Below the pieces are notes generated by a model. The model was not told where the DNA came from. It saw nothing but the letters and a program-made list of their open reading frames with translations, and did not search any database. Positions 16,515-26,148 of a DNA stretch of 39,471 nucleotides are shown one piece after another. The translations under genes and the position numbers were made by a program. How positions within the stretch are numbered: the first letter of the stretch is position 1; every line of letters starts with the position of its first letter. Source of the stretch: Escherichia phage vB_EcoM_SHAK9454; the sequence record OR594184. One strand, written 5' to 3'.

Positions 16515-18678
16515 TCTCAACTCATTCTATGGCACAGATATAGAGACTGACGGTCTACTAGACACTGTGTCACAGTTCCATTGTGGTGTTATCATTAACG
16601 CTGGAACTCAGGCTACTGAGAAATATGGTGTTGCCCCTATGACTGGGCTGACAGGTGGATTCAAAGAGTACATAGACCGCATAGAATCTATTATGGCATC
16701 CACTTACGGTATGCTTGTTCTGCACAATGGTGTGAACTATGATATACCAGCCTTGAAAATACTGAAGAAGAAATACTTTGGTAAGAACCTAAATGTGAAT
16801 AAGGGTCGAATTATTGATACCTTGGTACTTGGTCGCTTGATGTATCCAAACATTAAGTTCTCAGACATGGGCGCAGTGAAAGCTGGTCGTCTGCCACCTA
16901 AGATGATGGGACGCCAGTCTCTTGAGGCTTGGGGCTATCGTCTCGGTGAGATGAAAGGTGAGTACAAACACGATTACGTTGCCAAGTGCAAGGCTGAAGG
17001 TATCGAATATAAGGCTGGGGACGAATGGTTGTTCCCATCTCAGGAGATGCTGGACTATAACGTTCAGGACGTTGTGGTCACACTGGCGTTGTTCAAGAAG
17101 TTCCTGACTGACAAGTATTACTTCCAGTCTGAACAGTTCGCTTTCGACCAGATTTATGCGTTGCGTCTGGAACATGATGCTGCGTGGACCTGTGCGAAGA
17201 TGGAACGTAACGGCTATCCGATGAACACCGAGATGGTCGAAGGCTTATATCGTGAACTAACCGTCAAACGTGCAGAGCTGCTGGACAAGCTGCGTTCGAC
17301 TTTCGGTAGCTGGTACGCACCAAAGGGAGGCAAGGAGTTCTTCAAGCACCCACGGACTGGCAAGGACCTTCCGAAGTATCCGCGAGTCGTGTATCCTAAG
17401 GTCGGTGGCATCTTTAAGAAGCCGAAGAACAAAGCTCAACGCTTAGGTCTTGAACCTTGTGAGCGTGATACGCGAGACACGATGGAAGGAGCGCCTTTCA
17501 CGCCAATCACTTACGTTGAGTTTAATCCGGGAAGCGGAGACCACTTAGCGAAAGTCCTGATGGAGCGTGGCTGGGAGCCTGTAGACTTCACTGACACAGG
17601 GAAACCTGTAGTCGATGACGAGACGTTAGAACACGTTAAGTTACCAGACGCAGAGGCTCAGGCTTGCGTAGAGCTGGTCCGTGAGTACCTGGTAGTCCAG
17701 AAGCGCATCGGTCAGGCTGCTGAAGGTAAGAACGCATGGTTGAAACTTGTAGGTCCAGACGGACGTATGCACGGCTCAATAAACCCATGCGGGGCAGTAA
17801 CCGGACGTGCGACCCATAGTTCACCAAACATGGCTCAGGTCCCGGCTAACGGTGCTCCATATGGTGAGACTTGCCGTGGTGCTTTCGGTGCAGCGTGGAA
17901 CAAGAAGGACGGTAAGCCAGACCCTTGGATTCAAGTTGGTGTGGATGCCTCAGGTCTTGAGCTTCGTTGTCTTGGGAACCGAGCAGCTCCGTTTGATGGT
18001 GGTGCCTATGCGAAGACTGTGGTAGAAGGTGACATCCACTGGGCCAACGCAGTCAACGCTGGGTTAGCACCTAACGTCAAACGCGATAAGTCGAACCACG
18101 ACCATGATGCTTTCCGTAACAACGCTAAGACGTTCATCTATGCGTTCCTGTATGGTGCAGGGGCCGCTAAGATTGGACTGATAGTCGGAGGTGGTAAGAA
18201 GGAAGGTTCGGCTCTCATGAAGAAATTCATTGAGGGTACACCAGCCATCAAGGACCTCAGGGAAGCTGTGAGTAATACGTTAATCTCAGACTCTAAGTGG
18301 GTAGATGGTGAGAACATCGTTAAGTGGAAACGCCGTTGGTTGCGTGGACTTGATGGTCGCCGTATCCACATCCGGTCTCCACACTCAGCACTGAACGCAC
18401 TACTTCAAGGCGATGGTGCGGTAGTCTGTAAGCACTGGATTGTCGAGACTGAACGTATGCTCGAAGAGGCCGGGTATGTCCACGGCTGGGAAGGAGACTT
18501 TGCGTACATGGCATGGGTCCATGATGAATTGCAGATTGCGTGTCGTACTCAGGAGATTGCCGAAGAAGTCGTCAAGATTGCTCAACTTGCTATGCGTAAG
18601 GTGGGTGAGTTCTATAATTTTAAATGTGTCCTTGATACCGAAGGTAAGATTGGACCAACGTGGAAGGAGTGTCACTAA
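16507..18678 (+). CDS. DNA polymerase (T7 gene 5-like) with thioredoxin-binding loop
   Basis: 723 aa; exonuclease motif DIETDGLL; FKKPKNKAQR and PKYPRVVYPKVGGIF loop region; C-terminal DTEGKIGPTWKECH. Confidence 0.97.
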   Translation: MFNLNSFYGTDIETDGLLDTVSQFHCGVIINAGTQATEKYGVAPMTGLTGGFKEYIDRIESIMASTYGMLVLHNGVNYDIPALKILKKKYFGKNLNVNKGRIIDTLVLGRLMYPNIKFSDMGAVKAGRLPPKMMGRQSLEAWGYRLGEMKGEYKHDYVAKCKAEGIEYKAGDEWLFPSQEMLDYNVQDVVVTLALFKKFLTDKYYFQSEQFAFDQIYALRLEHDAAWTCAKMERNGYPMNTEMVEGLYRELTVKRAELLDKLRSTFGSWYAPKGGKEFFKHPRTGKDLPKYPRVVYPKVGGIFKKPKNKAQRLGLEPCERDTRDTMEGAPFTPITYVEFNPGSGDHLAKVLMERGWEPVDFTDTGKPVVDDETLEHVKLPDAEAQACVELVREYLVVQKRIGQAAEGKNAWLKLVGPDGRMHGSINPCGAVTGRATHSSPNMAQVPANGAPYGETCRGAFGAAWNKKDGKPDPWIQVGVDASGLELRCLGNRAAPFDGGAYAKTVVEGDIHWANAVNAGLAPNVKRDKSNHDHDAFRNNAKTFIYAFLYGAGAAKIGLIVGGGKKEGSALMKKFIEGTPAIKDLREAVSNTLISDSKWVDGENIVKWKRRWLRGLDGRRIHIRSPHSALNALLQGDGAVVCKHWIVETERMLEEAGYVHGWEGDFAYMAWVHDELQIACRTQEIAEEVVKIAQLAMRKVGEFYNFKCVLDTEGKIGPTWKECH

Positions 18679-18962
18679 TGGCTATTACTAAACGTATTCG
18701 TGTGAGTTTTGACCTGAAGATGGTTGTTAACTCAAAGGAAGAAGATACCATGTGTCGCCAACTGGCTGAGATGACTAAAGCCTACGCTGAGGGTGAGAAG
18801 CTGGATGGTCTTCAGTTGGCTCTGGTCAAAACCGCAATCGAGTCAGGCCCTGAGTCTGCCCTTGAAATTGCCCTCAAGAAGACCATCAAGGAGGAGCTGG
18901 TAGACGACTTTGGTTATGACCAGTTCGGAGTATCTAACCTGCGATTCGAGGTCAAGCAATGA
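18678..18962 (+). CDS. T7 gene 5.5-like protein
   Basis: MAITKRIRVSFDL resembles recalled T7 gp5.5 MAMTKKFKVSFDV; AAGGAG RBS; ATG overlaps the DNAP stop (TAATG). Confidence 0.7.
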   Translation: MAITKRIRVSFDLKMVVNSKEEDTMCRQLAEMTKAYAEGEKLDGLQLALVKTAIESGPESALEIALKKTIKEELVDDFGYDQFGVSNLRFEVKQ

Positions 18963-19168
18963 GTGAATACTTACGGGTCCTAGCGGCCCTTAAGTCCTGC
19001 CCGAAGACCTTCCAGTCCAACTACGTGCGCAACAATGCAGCACTGGTGGCTGAGGCTGCGAGTCGTGGACATCTGAGCTGTCTGTCTATGGACGGGCGTA
19101 ACAACGGTGCGTGGGAGATTACCGCTGCTGGCACCAAGTTCCTGAACCAACATGGAGGATGCCTGTGA
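18959..19168 (+). CDS. T7 gene 5.7-like protein
   Basis: 69 aa; LKSCPKTFQSNYVRNNA.LVAEAASRGH.SCL...GAWEITA.GT.FL...GGC matches recalled T7 gp5.7. Confidence 0.85.
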   Translation: MSEYLRVLAALKSCPKTFQSNYVRNNAALVAEAASRGHLSCLSMDGRNNGAWEITAAGTKFLNQHGGCL

Positions 19169-20031
19169 GCGAAAAGAAAATAGCTCTTGTGTTAGATGGT
19201 GACTACTTAGTGTTTTCATCTATGGCTGCTGCCGAGGACGAGACTGACTGGGGCGATGACATCTGGACCCTTATCTGCGACCATGAGAAGGCTCGTCGCA
19301 TCCTTGAGAACACCATCGCTGAAATCGTTAAGAAGCGCAAGGCGTGGAAAGACGCTAAGATTGTGATGTGCTTCACTGACGATTACAACTGGCGTAAGGA
19401 CGTCCTGCCTACCTATAAGGCCAACCGTAAAGGTTCTCGCAAGCCTGTAGGTTACAAGAAGTTCGTAGCCGAAGTGATGGCTGACCCACGGTTCAACAGC
19501 TTCCTGCGTCCTACGCTTGAAGGCGATGATTGTATGGGTATCATCGGGACCAGACCTCAGATTGTAGGCTGTGACCATGCTGTTCTGGTGTCCTGTGATA
19601 AGGACTTCAAGACCATCCCGAACTGTGAGTTCTTCTGGTTAACCACTGGTGAAATCCTGAGTCATACGACTGCTGAGGCAGACTACTGGCACATGGAGCA
19701 AACCATCAAGGGTGACACCACAGATGGCTACGGTGGCATTCAGGGGATGGGTGAGGATACCACACGCGCGTTCCTTGACGAGCCGTACTACTTCGTACAG
19801 GAGAGCCGTGAGCTTAAGACTGGTAAGAACAAAGGCCAGATTAAGACTGAGTGGAAGAAGTATCCAAAGCGTGACGACATGACGCTGTGGGACTGCATGG
19901 TGACTCTGGCTGCTAAAGCTGGGATGACCGAGGAGGAACTTCTGGTCCAAGCTCAGGTCGCTCGTATTTGCCGAGCCTCCGACTACGACCCTAAGTCCAA
20001 GGAGGTCATCCTATGGACACCATCCATGTAA
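19165..20031 (+). CDS. 5'-3' exonuclease (T7 gene 6-like)
   Basis: LDGDYLVF, KANRK, PVGY, LEGDD.MG.I, SCDKDFKTIPNC, TIKGD.TDGY blocks; GTG 19165 with GGAGG six nt upstream (alternative ATG 19159 has no spacer). Confidence 0.92.
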   Translation: MSEKKIALVLDGDYLVFSSMAAAEDETDWGDDIWTLICDHEKARRILENTIAEIVKKRKAWKDAKIVMCFTDDYNWRKDVLPTYKANRKGSRKPVGYKKFVAEVMADPRFNSFLRPTLEGDDCMGIIGTRPQIVGCDHAVLVSCDKDFKTIPNCEFFWLTTGEILSHTTAEADYWHMEQTIKGDTTDGYGGIQGMGEDTTRAFLDEPYYFVQESRELKTGKNKGQIKTEWKKYPKRDDMTLWDCMVTLAAKAGMTEEELLVQAQVARICRASDYDPKSKEVILWTPSM

Positions 20032-20105
20032 TTTACTGGGTCGGACTTCTGGCCCTTTACTGCATGTACAAGTGGTTCGGGTCGAACAACCGTCCTAAAC
20101 ACTGA
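20013..20105 (+). CDS. Small hydrophobic peptide (30 aa)
   Basis: AGGAGG 20000-20005 then ATG 20013; MDTIHVIYWVGLLALYCMYKWFGSNNRPKH; overlaps the exonuclease 3' end. Confidence 0.3.
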   Translation: MDTIHVIYWVGLLALYCMYKWFGSNNRPKH

Positions 20106-20157
20106 GTCTAGCCGATAGTCATATCCTATCAATCCAACAGTCATCCATAGGTGAAAC

Positions 20158-20180
20158 ACTAAACTATCACTATAGGGACT
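20158..20180 (+). promoter_or_regulatory. Phage RNAP promoter (phi6.5-like)
   Basis: ACTAAACTATCACTATAGGGACTT, +1 G at 20175. Confidence 0.85.
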
Positions 20181-20241
20181 TTAGGACCTAAGATATGACT
20201 ATAAGATAGACTTTAGTCTTAACTTAAAGAGGAGATTCAAG

Positions 20242-20514
20242 ATGGCGCTTAATGCTATTGAAAACGTTGTTAAGCAATTACAGGAAGAAAGACTTGATGT
20301 ACCGAACATCTCACAGTCTGCCATCCAGTTCCTGCACGTATTGTTCAACGCAAGCTACGCTGAGAAGATGGGAGCTATCAGTCTCCTCAAGCAGCAAGGC
20401 TACAGCGATGCGTTCATTGCCGGGTTCATCAAGGGTCTCCAGTATTGTTCTGACACTCTCGACTCTGCGATTGCTATGCGTCGTGAGCTGAAAGATACCG
20501 TTCAGTTCGATTAA
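20242..20514 (+). CDS. T7 gene 6.5-like hypothetical protein
   Basis: 90-aa ORF with strong RBS AGAGGAG, after the phi6.5-like promoter. Confidence 0.7.
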   Translation: MALNAIENVVKQLQEERLDVPNISQSAIQFLHVLFNASYAEKMGAISLLKQQGYSDAFIAGFIKGLQYCSDTLDSAIAMRRELKDTVQFD

Positions 20515-20528
20515 CTGTAGGAGGGACT

Positions 20529-20753
20529 ATGTGTTTCAGTCCAAAGATTAGCACTCCGAAGCCTTCGGTCCAAGCACCTGAACCAGCACCTCTGAGTGAG
20601 GAAGTTGCGTCAGTTGACATCGGGGCTGAATCGGATGTGGACACCAACGAGACCAAAGGTATCAAAGACCTTAAGGTTAAGAAGGAGTCTGCACCTAAAG
20701 ATAAATCGTCAGTGAGCCGCGCTATGCGAGCCTCTGGCGTAAACATGGGGTAA
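20529..20753 (+). CDS. T7 gene 6.7-like virion protein
   Basis: MCFSPKISTPK...APEPAPLSEEV resembles recalled T7 gp6.7. Confidence 0.75.
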   Translation: MCFSPKISTPKPSVQAPEPAPLSEEVASVDIGAESDVDTNETKGIKDLKVKKESAPKDKSSVSRAMRASGVNMG

Positions 20754-20757
20754 GACA

Positions 20758-21180
20758 ATGCTACCATATCTCAACTCACGCGAAGGTCGCCACATGTGCG
20801 CCTGTCGCCTCTGGGAAGACGGGCAGTCTAACTTCAAGTCATTCGAGGACTTCAAGGCTCATACTTACCGTATTGCTGACGAGTTCGACGGTGAAGAGTA
20901 CACAATCTACGATGTCTCAGGTCAACCAGTAGCGTATCTCTACATGCTGGCTACCACATCTTGGCACCGACCGACTCCCGGTCTTGACCTTTCAATCGTC
21001 GCTATTCGTCGTGACTCGCAGTCCTCCCGCAAGGTTCTTGAGACTGTCAGGTACATCATAGACGAAGAGTGCAAGCGTTGGGGTCTTGGCTGGTATTCTC
21101 GTGTCAAGCATGTTTCCGGGTCGGTAGACATCGTAACAACCAAGTGCGTTAGCACGAACAAGGAGATTAACCGTGGGTAA
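20758..21180 (+). CDS. Hypothetical protein at the T7 gene 7 position
   Basis: 140-aa ORF; assignment is positional only. Confidence 0.6.
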   Translation: MLPYLNSREGRHMCACRLWEDGQSNFKSFEDFKAHTYRIADEFDGEEYTIYDVSGQPVAYLYMLATTSWHRPTPGLDLSIVAIRRDSQSSRKVLETVRYIIDEECKRWGLGWYSRVKHVSGSVDIVTTKCVSTNKEINRG

Positions 21181-21421
21181 ATCAATCAGTAAGGCCTTCA
21201 GTAAAGTAGTAAAAGGTGCTTTAGGGACCGTTGGTCTTGGTTCTAACGATGCACCTAAGGTTGTTGAGGCTCAGACCCCAGCAGCACCAGTGGAAGTACC
21301 GAACGATAAAGTGGAAGATGTGGATACCGAAGCAACCGCATCTGACGAGAAGAAAGTGAAGCGTTCAGGTAAGCGTAGCCTTCAGGTCTCTCGCACCTCT
21401 GGTGGTGGTATTTCTATTTAA
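21173..21421 (+). CDS. T7 gene 7.3-like tail-assembly/virion protein (GTG start)
   Basis: C-terminal SGKRSLQVSRTSGGGISI matches recalled T7 gp7.3 end GKKSLSVARSSGGGINI. Confidence 0.8.
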   Translation: MGKSISKAFSKVVKGALGTVGLGSNDAPKVVEAQTPAAPVEVPNDKVEDVDTEATASDEKKVKRSGKRSLQVSRTSGGGISI

Positions 21422-21432
21422 GGAGGTGACGA

Positions 21433-23001
21433 ATGGCTGAACGTGAAGGGTTCGCTGCTGAAGGAGCCAAAGCGGTCTATGACCGCCTGAAGAACGGTAG
21501 ACAGCCATATGAGACACGCGCTCAGAATTGTGCTGCTGTCACTATCCCGTCACTGTTTCCTAAGGAGTCCGACAACTCGTCTACTGAGTACACCACTCCG
21601 TGGCAAGCTGTAGGTGCTCGATGTTTGAACAACTTGGCTGCAAAGCTGATGTTGGCATTATTCCCCCAGTCACCGTGGATGCGACTTACAGTCTCCGAAT
21701 ATGAGGCTAAGACCTTGAGTCAGGACTCAGAGGCTGCTGCTCGTGTTGACGAGGGGCTTGCTATGGTCGAGCGTGTGTTGATGGCCTACATGGAGACAAA
21801 CAGTTTCCGTGTGCCATTGTTCGAAGCTCTGAAGCAGCTTATAGTCTCCGGTAACTGTCTGCTCTACATTCCAGAGCCTGAACAGGGAACCTACAGTCCC
21901 ATGCGAATGTACCGCTTAGTGTCTTACGTTGTTCAACGTGATGCGTTCGGTAACATCTTGCAGATTGTGACTCTCGACAAGGTAGCGTTTAGTGCTCTAC
22001 CGGAAGACGTGAAGTCTCAACTCAACGCAGACGACTATGAGCCTGACACCGAGCTGGAAGTGTATACGCACATTTACCGTCAGGACGACGAATATCTACG
22101 CTACGAGGAAGTGGAAGGCATTGAGGTAGCAGGGACCGATGGTTCTTACCCACTGACTGCCTGTCCATACATCCCGGTACGAATGGTTCGACTGGACGGT
22201 GAAGACTATGGTCGCTCTTATTGCGAGGAGTATCTGGGAGACCTGAACTCGCTGGAGACGATTACAGAAGCTATTACCAAAATGGCTAAGGTAGCCTCCA
22301 AGGTGGTGGGCCTCGTTAACCCGAACGGTATCACGCAACCTCGTCGTCTGAACAAGGCGGCTACAGGTGAGTTCGTGGCGGGTCGAGTTGAGGACATCAA
22401 CTTCCTGCAACTGACGAAAGGTCAGGACTTTACGATTGCCAAGTCGGTGGCTGATGCTATCGAGCAACGTTTAGGCTGGGCCTTCCTTCTTAATAGTGCT
22501 GTTCAGCGTAATGCCGAGCGAGTCACTGCTGAAGAGATTCGTTACGTTGCTGGTGAACTGGAGGCGACCTTAGGTGGCGTGTACTCTGTACAGTCACAAG
22601 AGCTTCAGTTACCTATCGTCCGTGTGCTGATGAACCAACTTCAGTCTGCTGGCATGATTCCTGACCTTCCGAAAGAAGCGGTTGAGCCTACGGTATCCAC
22701 TGGTCTGGAAGCGTTAGGTCGGGGTCAGGACTTGGAGAAGCTGACTCAGGCTGTTAACATGATGACAGGTCTTCAGCCGCTATCTCAGGACCCGGACATC
22801 AACTTGCCGACCCTTAAGCTGCGACTGCTGAATGCCTTAGGCATTGATACTGCTGGTCTTCTGCTGACTCAGGACGAGAAGATGCAACGTATTGCTGAAC
22901 AATCCGCTCAAGGAGCTGTGGTCAACGGTGCGTCTGCTGCTGGTGCTAATATGGGCGCTGCTGTAGGTCAGGGAGCTGGTGAGGACATGGCTCAAGCCTA
23001 A
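21433..23001 (+). CDS. Head-tail connector / portal protein (T7 gene 8-like)
   Basis: 522 aa; YETRAQNCA..TIPSLFPK, YRLVSYVVQRDAFGN, RMVRLDGEDYGRSY, AEEIRYVAGELE blocks. Confidence 0.97.
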   Translation: MAEREGFAAEGAKAVYDRLKNGRQPYETRAQNCAAVTIPSLFPKESDNSSTEYTTPWQAVGARCLNNLAAKLMLALFPQSPWMRLTVSEYEAKTLSQDSEAAARVDEGLAMVERVLMAYMETNSFRVPLFEALKQLIVSGNCLLYIPEPEQGTYSPMRMYRLVSYVVQRDAFGNILQIVTLDKVAFSALPEDVKSQLNADDYEPDTELEVYTHIYRQDDEYLRYEEVEGIEVAGTDGSYPLTACPYIPVRMVRLDGEDYGRSYCEEYLGDLNSLETITEAITKMAKVASKVVGLVNPNGITQPRRLNKAATGEFVAGRVEDINFLQLTKGQDFTIAKSVADAIEQRLGWAFLLNSAVQRNAERVTAEEIRYVAGELEATLGGVYSVQSQELQLPIVRVLMNQLQSAGMIPDLPKEAVEPTVSTGLEALGRGQDLEKLTQAVNMMTGLQPLSQDPDINLPTLKLRLLNALGIDTAGLLLTQDEKMQRIAEQSAQGAVVNGASAAGANMGAAVGQGAGEDMAQA

Positions 23002-23019
23002 ACTATCACTATAGGAACT
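22997..23019 (+). promoter_or_regulatory. Phage RNAP promoter (phi9-like)
   Basis: CCTAAACTATCACTATAGGAACTT. Confidence 0.85.
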
Positions 23020-23097
23020 TAGACAAGATTCACAAAGCATTAGGCCGGGTGAGACTCCCGGTCGGTTCCTATCATCAACTTAAAGGAGAATGACTCA

Positions 23098-23982
23098 ATG
23101 TCTCAATCAGTTTATGCCGAGTTCGGCGTTAGCTCTAATGCAATCACTGGTTCCGTTGAGGACCTGAACGAACACCAGAAGTCTATGCTTGAACAGGACG
23201 TAGCTGTTCGTGATGGCGATGACGCTATTACCTTCAAGCAACTGGAAGCTGAAAATGAAGAGGCGACCGAAGAAGACGAGAACGTCGAAGAGACTGAAGG
23301 TGAAGAAGACCACGAGTCAGATGACGAAGAGTCTGAGACAGATGGTGAGCAACCTGAGTTCGTAGAACTGGGTGATGCACCGAAAGAGCTGACCGAAAGT
23401 GTCACCGCTCTGGATGAAAACGAAGCTGCATTTGACGACATGGTGTCTTCTGCTGTAGAAGCTGGCAAGGTCACTGCTGATGAAATTACCGCTATCAAGG
23501 CTGAATACGCCAAGGACGGTAAGCTGTCTGACGCATCCTACGCTAAGTTGCAGGAAGCAGGTTACACCAAGCGCTTCGTAGATTCGTTTGTCCGTGGTCA
23601 GGAAGCTCTGGCTGAACAGTATGCTGCTGGTGTGGTTCGCTACGCTGGTGGAGCTGAACAGTTTAACCGCATCCTGTCACACCTTGAGTCCAACGACCCG
23701 TCAACTCGTGAAGCACTGGAAGCTGCCATCGTTCGTAAGGACATTGCGACTACCAAAGCTCTGCTGAATCTGGCTGGCAAGACTCTTGGTAAAGCTGTGG
23801 GTGTTAAACCTCAGCGTACCATCACCACTCAGGCTAAACCTGTGGTCGCACCTAAGGCTCCTCAGACCGAAGCATTCAGCTCCAAGGCTGACATGATTAA
23901 GGCTATGAGTGACCCGCGATACCTGCGTGACGCTAAGTACACGATGGAAGTCCGCGCTAAGGTAGCTGCCTCAAGCCTGTAG
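23098..23982 (+). CDS. Capsid assembly scaffold protein (T7 gene 9-like)
   Basis: 294 aa, highly acidic with E/D-rich N-terminal half; between portal and capsid genes. Confidence 0.9.
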   Translation: MSQSVYAEFGVSSNAITGSVEDLNEHQKSMLEQDVAVRDGDDAITFKQLEAENEEATEEDENVEETEGEEDHESDDEESETDGEQPEFVELGDAPKELTESVTALDENEAAFDDMVSSAVEAGKVTADEITAIKAEYAKDGKLSDASYAKLQEAGYTKRFVDSFVRGQEALAEQYAAGVVRYAGGAEQFNRILSHLESNDPSTREALEAAIVRKDIATTKALLNLAGKTLGKAVGVKPQRTITTQAKPVVAPKAPQTEAFSSKADMIKAMSDPRYLRDAKYTMEVRAKVAASSL

Positions 23983-23983
23983 G

Positions 23984-24006
23984 ACTAAACTATCACTATA
24001 GGGAGA
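23984..24006 (+). promoter_or_regulatory. Phage RNAP promoter (phi10-like), strongest consensus match
   Basis: ACTAAACTATCACTATAGGGAGACC; initiating GGGAGA as in T7 class III promoters. Confidence 0.9.
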
Positions 24007-24108
24007 CCAAGAGATAGACTAAAGGTTTCCCTATTACTTCAGTCCATACGGATTGGGCATACAGTAAGTAATAAACTTTATCTTTCAATTGAATAGGAGA
24101 ATTATCAT

Positions 24109-25158
24109 ATGGCAAACGTTCCGGGTCAGAAAATTGGTACAGACCAAGGTAAAGGCAAATCCAGTTCCGACGCTCTGGCGTTGTTCCTTAAGGTATTTGC
24201 TGGTGAAGTCCTGACCGCATTCACTCGCCGCTCTGTAACTGCTGACAAGCATATTGTCCGTACCATTCAGAACGGTAAGTCTGCTCAGTTCCCGGTCATG
24301 GGTCGCACCTCTGGTGTGTATCTGGCTCCGGGTGAGCGACTGTCCGATAAGCGTAAAGGTATTAAACATACCGAGAAAACTATTACCATTGATGGTCTGC
24401 TGACTGCCGATGTGATGATTTTCGACATTGAAGACGCGATGAACCACTATGACGTGGCTGGTGAGTATTCCAACCAGTTGGGTGAAGCTCTGGCTATCGC
24501 TGCTGATGGTGCGGTTCTGGCTGAAATGGCTATCCTGTGTAACCTCCCAGCTGCATCCAACGAGAACATCGCTGGTCTGGGTACTGCGTCCGTACTGGAA
24601 GTTGGTAAGAAAGCTGACCTCAACACCCCGGCTAAACTGGGCGAAGCAATCATCGGTCAGCTGACCATTGCTCGTGCGAAGCTGACCTCCAACTACGTTC
24701 CTGCTGGCGACCGTTACTTCTACACCACGCCTGACAACTACTCTGCAATCCTCGCGGCTCTGATGCCTAACGCTGCTAACTATGCTGCGCTGATTGACCC
24801 AGAGACTGGTAACATCCGTAACGTGATGGGCTTCGTTGTTGTTGAAGTTCCGCATCTGGTACAGGGTGGTGCTGGTGAGACCCGTGGTGCTGATGGTATC
24901 ACTATCGCTTCCGGCCAGAAACACGCATTCCCAGCAACTGCTACTGGAGACGTTAAAGTCGCTAGGGACAACGTTGTAGGTCTGTTCTCTCACCGTTCTG
25001 CTGTGGGTACTGTGAAGCTGCGTGACTTGGCGCTGGAACGTGACCGTGACGTCGATGCTCAGGCCGACCTGATTGTAGGTAAATACGCTATGGGTCACGG
25101 TGGTCTGCGTCCAGAAGCAGCAGGCGCACTGGTTTTCACAGCGGCGTCAGCGGGTTAA
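24109..25158 (+). CDS. Major capsid protein 10A
   Basis: 349 aa; strong RBS; T7 gp10A-like size and position; C-terminus AAGALVFTAASAG. Confidence 0.97.
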   Translation: MANVPGQKIGTDQGKGKSSSDALALFLKVFAGEVLTAFTRRSVTADKHIVRTIQNGKSAQFPVMGRTSGVYLAPGERLSDKRKGIKHTEKTITIDGLLTADVMIFDIEDAMNHYDVAGEYSNQLGEALAIAADGAVLAEMAILCNLPAASNENIAGLGTASVLEVGKKADLNTPAKLGEAIIGQLTIARAKLTSNYVPAGDRYFYTTPDNYSAILAALMPNAANYAALIDPETGNIRNVMGFVVVEVPHLVQGGAGETRGADGITIASGQKHAFPATATGDVKVARDNVVGLFSHRSAVGTVKLRDLALERDRDVDAQADLIVGKYAMGHGGLRPEAAGALVFTAASAG

Positions 25159-25421
25159 CGACCTTTAAGGCCCTCTCTACAGAGGGTCCTACCTTAGAGA
25201 CGTATAGTTCTACGGCGGGAACCAGCCTGAAGGTTGACTTCCCTGAGCTTTCAGATGTGACCGATTGGTCGCTGCTTGAGGTGACTACGCCTGATGGTGT
25301 TAGCTACTCCCGTAGAACCAACAGTCTCTACTTCAAGGCCACCTCTGGCGTGGAAGGTCTGGTGATTGTTGGGTATGACGGCACGCCTGTGCGTTCCTTC
25401 AACGTATCTTTCACAAACTAA
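24109..25421 (+). CDS. Minor capsid protein 10B, made by -1 ribosomal frameshift at G_GTT_TTC (25131-25137)
   Basis: Slippery heptamer in correct register 7 codons before the 10A stop; -1 frame stays open for 94 codons to TAA 25419-25421. Confidence 0.6.
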
Positions 25422-25427
25422 TTGAAA

Positions 25428-25465
25428 CCCCTTGGGTGCCTTCGGGTGCTTGAGGGGTTTTTTTT
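25428..25465 (+). terminator. T-phi-like intrinsic terminator
   Basis: CCCCTTGGGTGCC-TTCG-GGTGCTTGAGGGG followed by 8 T; close to recalled T7 T-phi AACCCCTTGGGGCCTCTAAACGGGTCTTGAGGGGTTTTTTG. Confidence 0.85.
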
Positions 25466-25480
25466 GCTTAAGGAGGGACT

Positions 25481-25570
25481 ATGGTCCTTATTTACACAGG
25501 GTTAGCACTATTCGTCTTATTCTGGGCGTACCTGCTGTCCAGCTCACCGTCTAGCGCCTATGACCGTTAA
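25481..25570 (+). CDS. Small hydrophobic peptide (29 aa) between T-phi and gene 11
   Basis: AGGAGGG then ATG 25481 (short spacer); MVLIYTGLALFVLFWAYLLSSSPSSAYDR. Confidence 0.3.
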   Translation: MVLIYTGLALFVLFWAYLLSSSPSSAYDR

Positions 25571-25581
25571 GGAGTAAACCT

Positions 25582-26148
25582 ATGGCTCAATACATTCCAC
25601 TGAATGCTAACGATGACTTAGATGCCATCAACGATATGTTAGCAGCTATCGGTGAACCAGCAGTCCTACAGCTTGACGAAGGTAACGCTGACGTCTCGAA
25701 CGCTCAACGTATCCTGCATCGTGTCAATCGTCAGGTCCAAGCTAAAGGCTGGAACTTTAACATCAACGAAGCTGCTGTCCTGACACCTGATGTCCAAGAC
25801 AATAGGATTCGATTCCTGCCGTCTTACCTTCGGGTCATGACTGCTGGTGCTACCAGTTACTACAGCAACATGGGGGGCTATCTCTATGACCTGTCCACTC
25901 AGTCCACGACCTTCACTGGACCAATTACAGTCGAACTGGTGGAGATGAAACCGTTCGCTGAGATGCCTGTAGTATTCCGTGACTACATCGTTACCAAGGC
26001 TAGCCGTGAGTTCAACGCTAAGTTCTTCGGTAGCCCAGAGTCTGAACTGTACCTTCGTGAGCAGGAAGCAGAACTCTACCAGCAGGTGATGGAGTACGAG
26101 ATGGACACTGGTCGCTACAACATGATGTCCGACATCGGGAGGGACTAA
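25582..26148 (+). CDS. Tail tubular protein A (T7 gene 11-like)
   Basis: 188-aa ORF with TAAGGAG RBS immediately upstream of the tail tube B gene; T7 gp11-like size and position. Confidence 0.9.
   Translation: MAQYIPLNANDDLDAINDMLAAIGEPAVLQLDEGNADVSNAQRILHRVNRQVQAKGWNFNINEAAVLTPDVQDNRIRFLPSYLRVMTAGATSYYSNMGGYLYDLSTQSTTFTGPITVELVEMKPFAEMPVVFRDYIVTKASREFNAKFFGSPESELYLREQEAELYQQVMEYEMDTGRYNMMSDIGRD

Noticed and set aside
24085-25098. 337-aa minus-strand ORF antisense to the major capsid gene, and other minus-strand ORFs throughout
   Set aside because: Every recognisable gene is on the + strand; minus-strand ORFs are embedded antisense to conserved coding sequence and lack RBS context, so they are treated as chance ORFs
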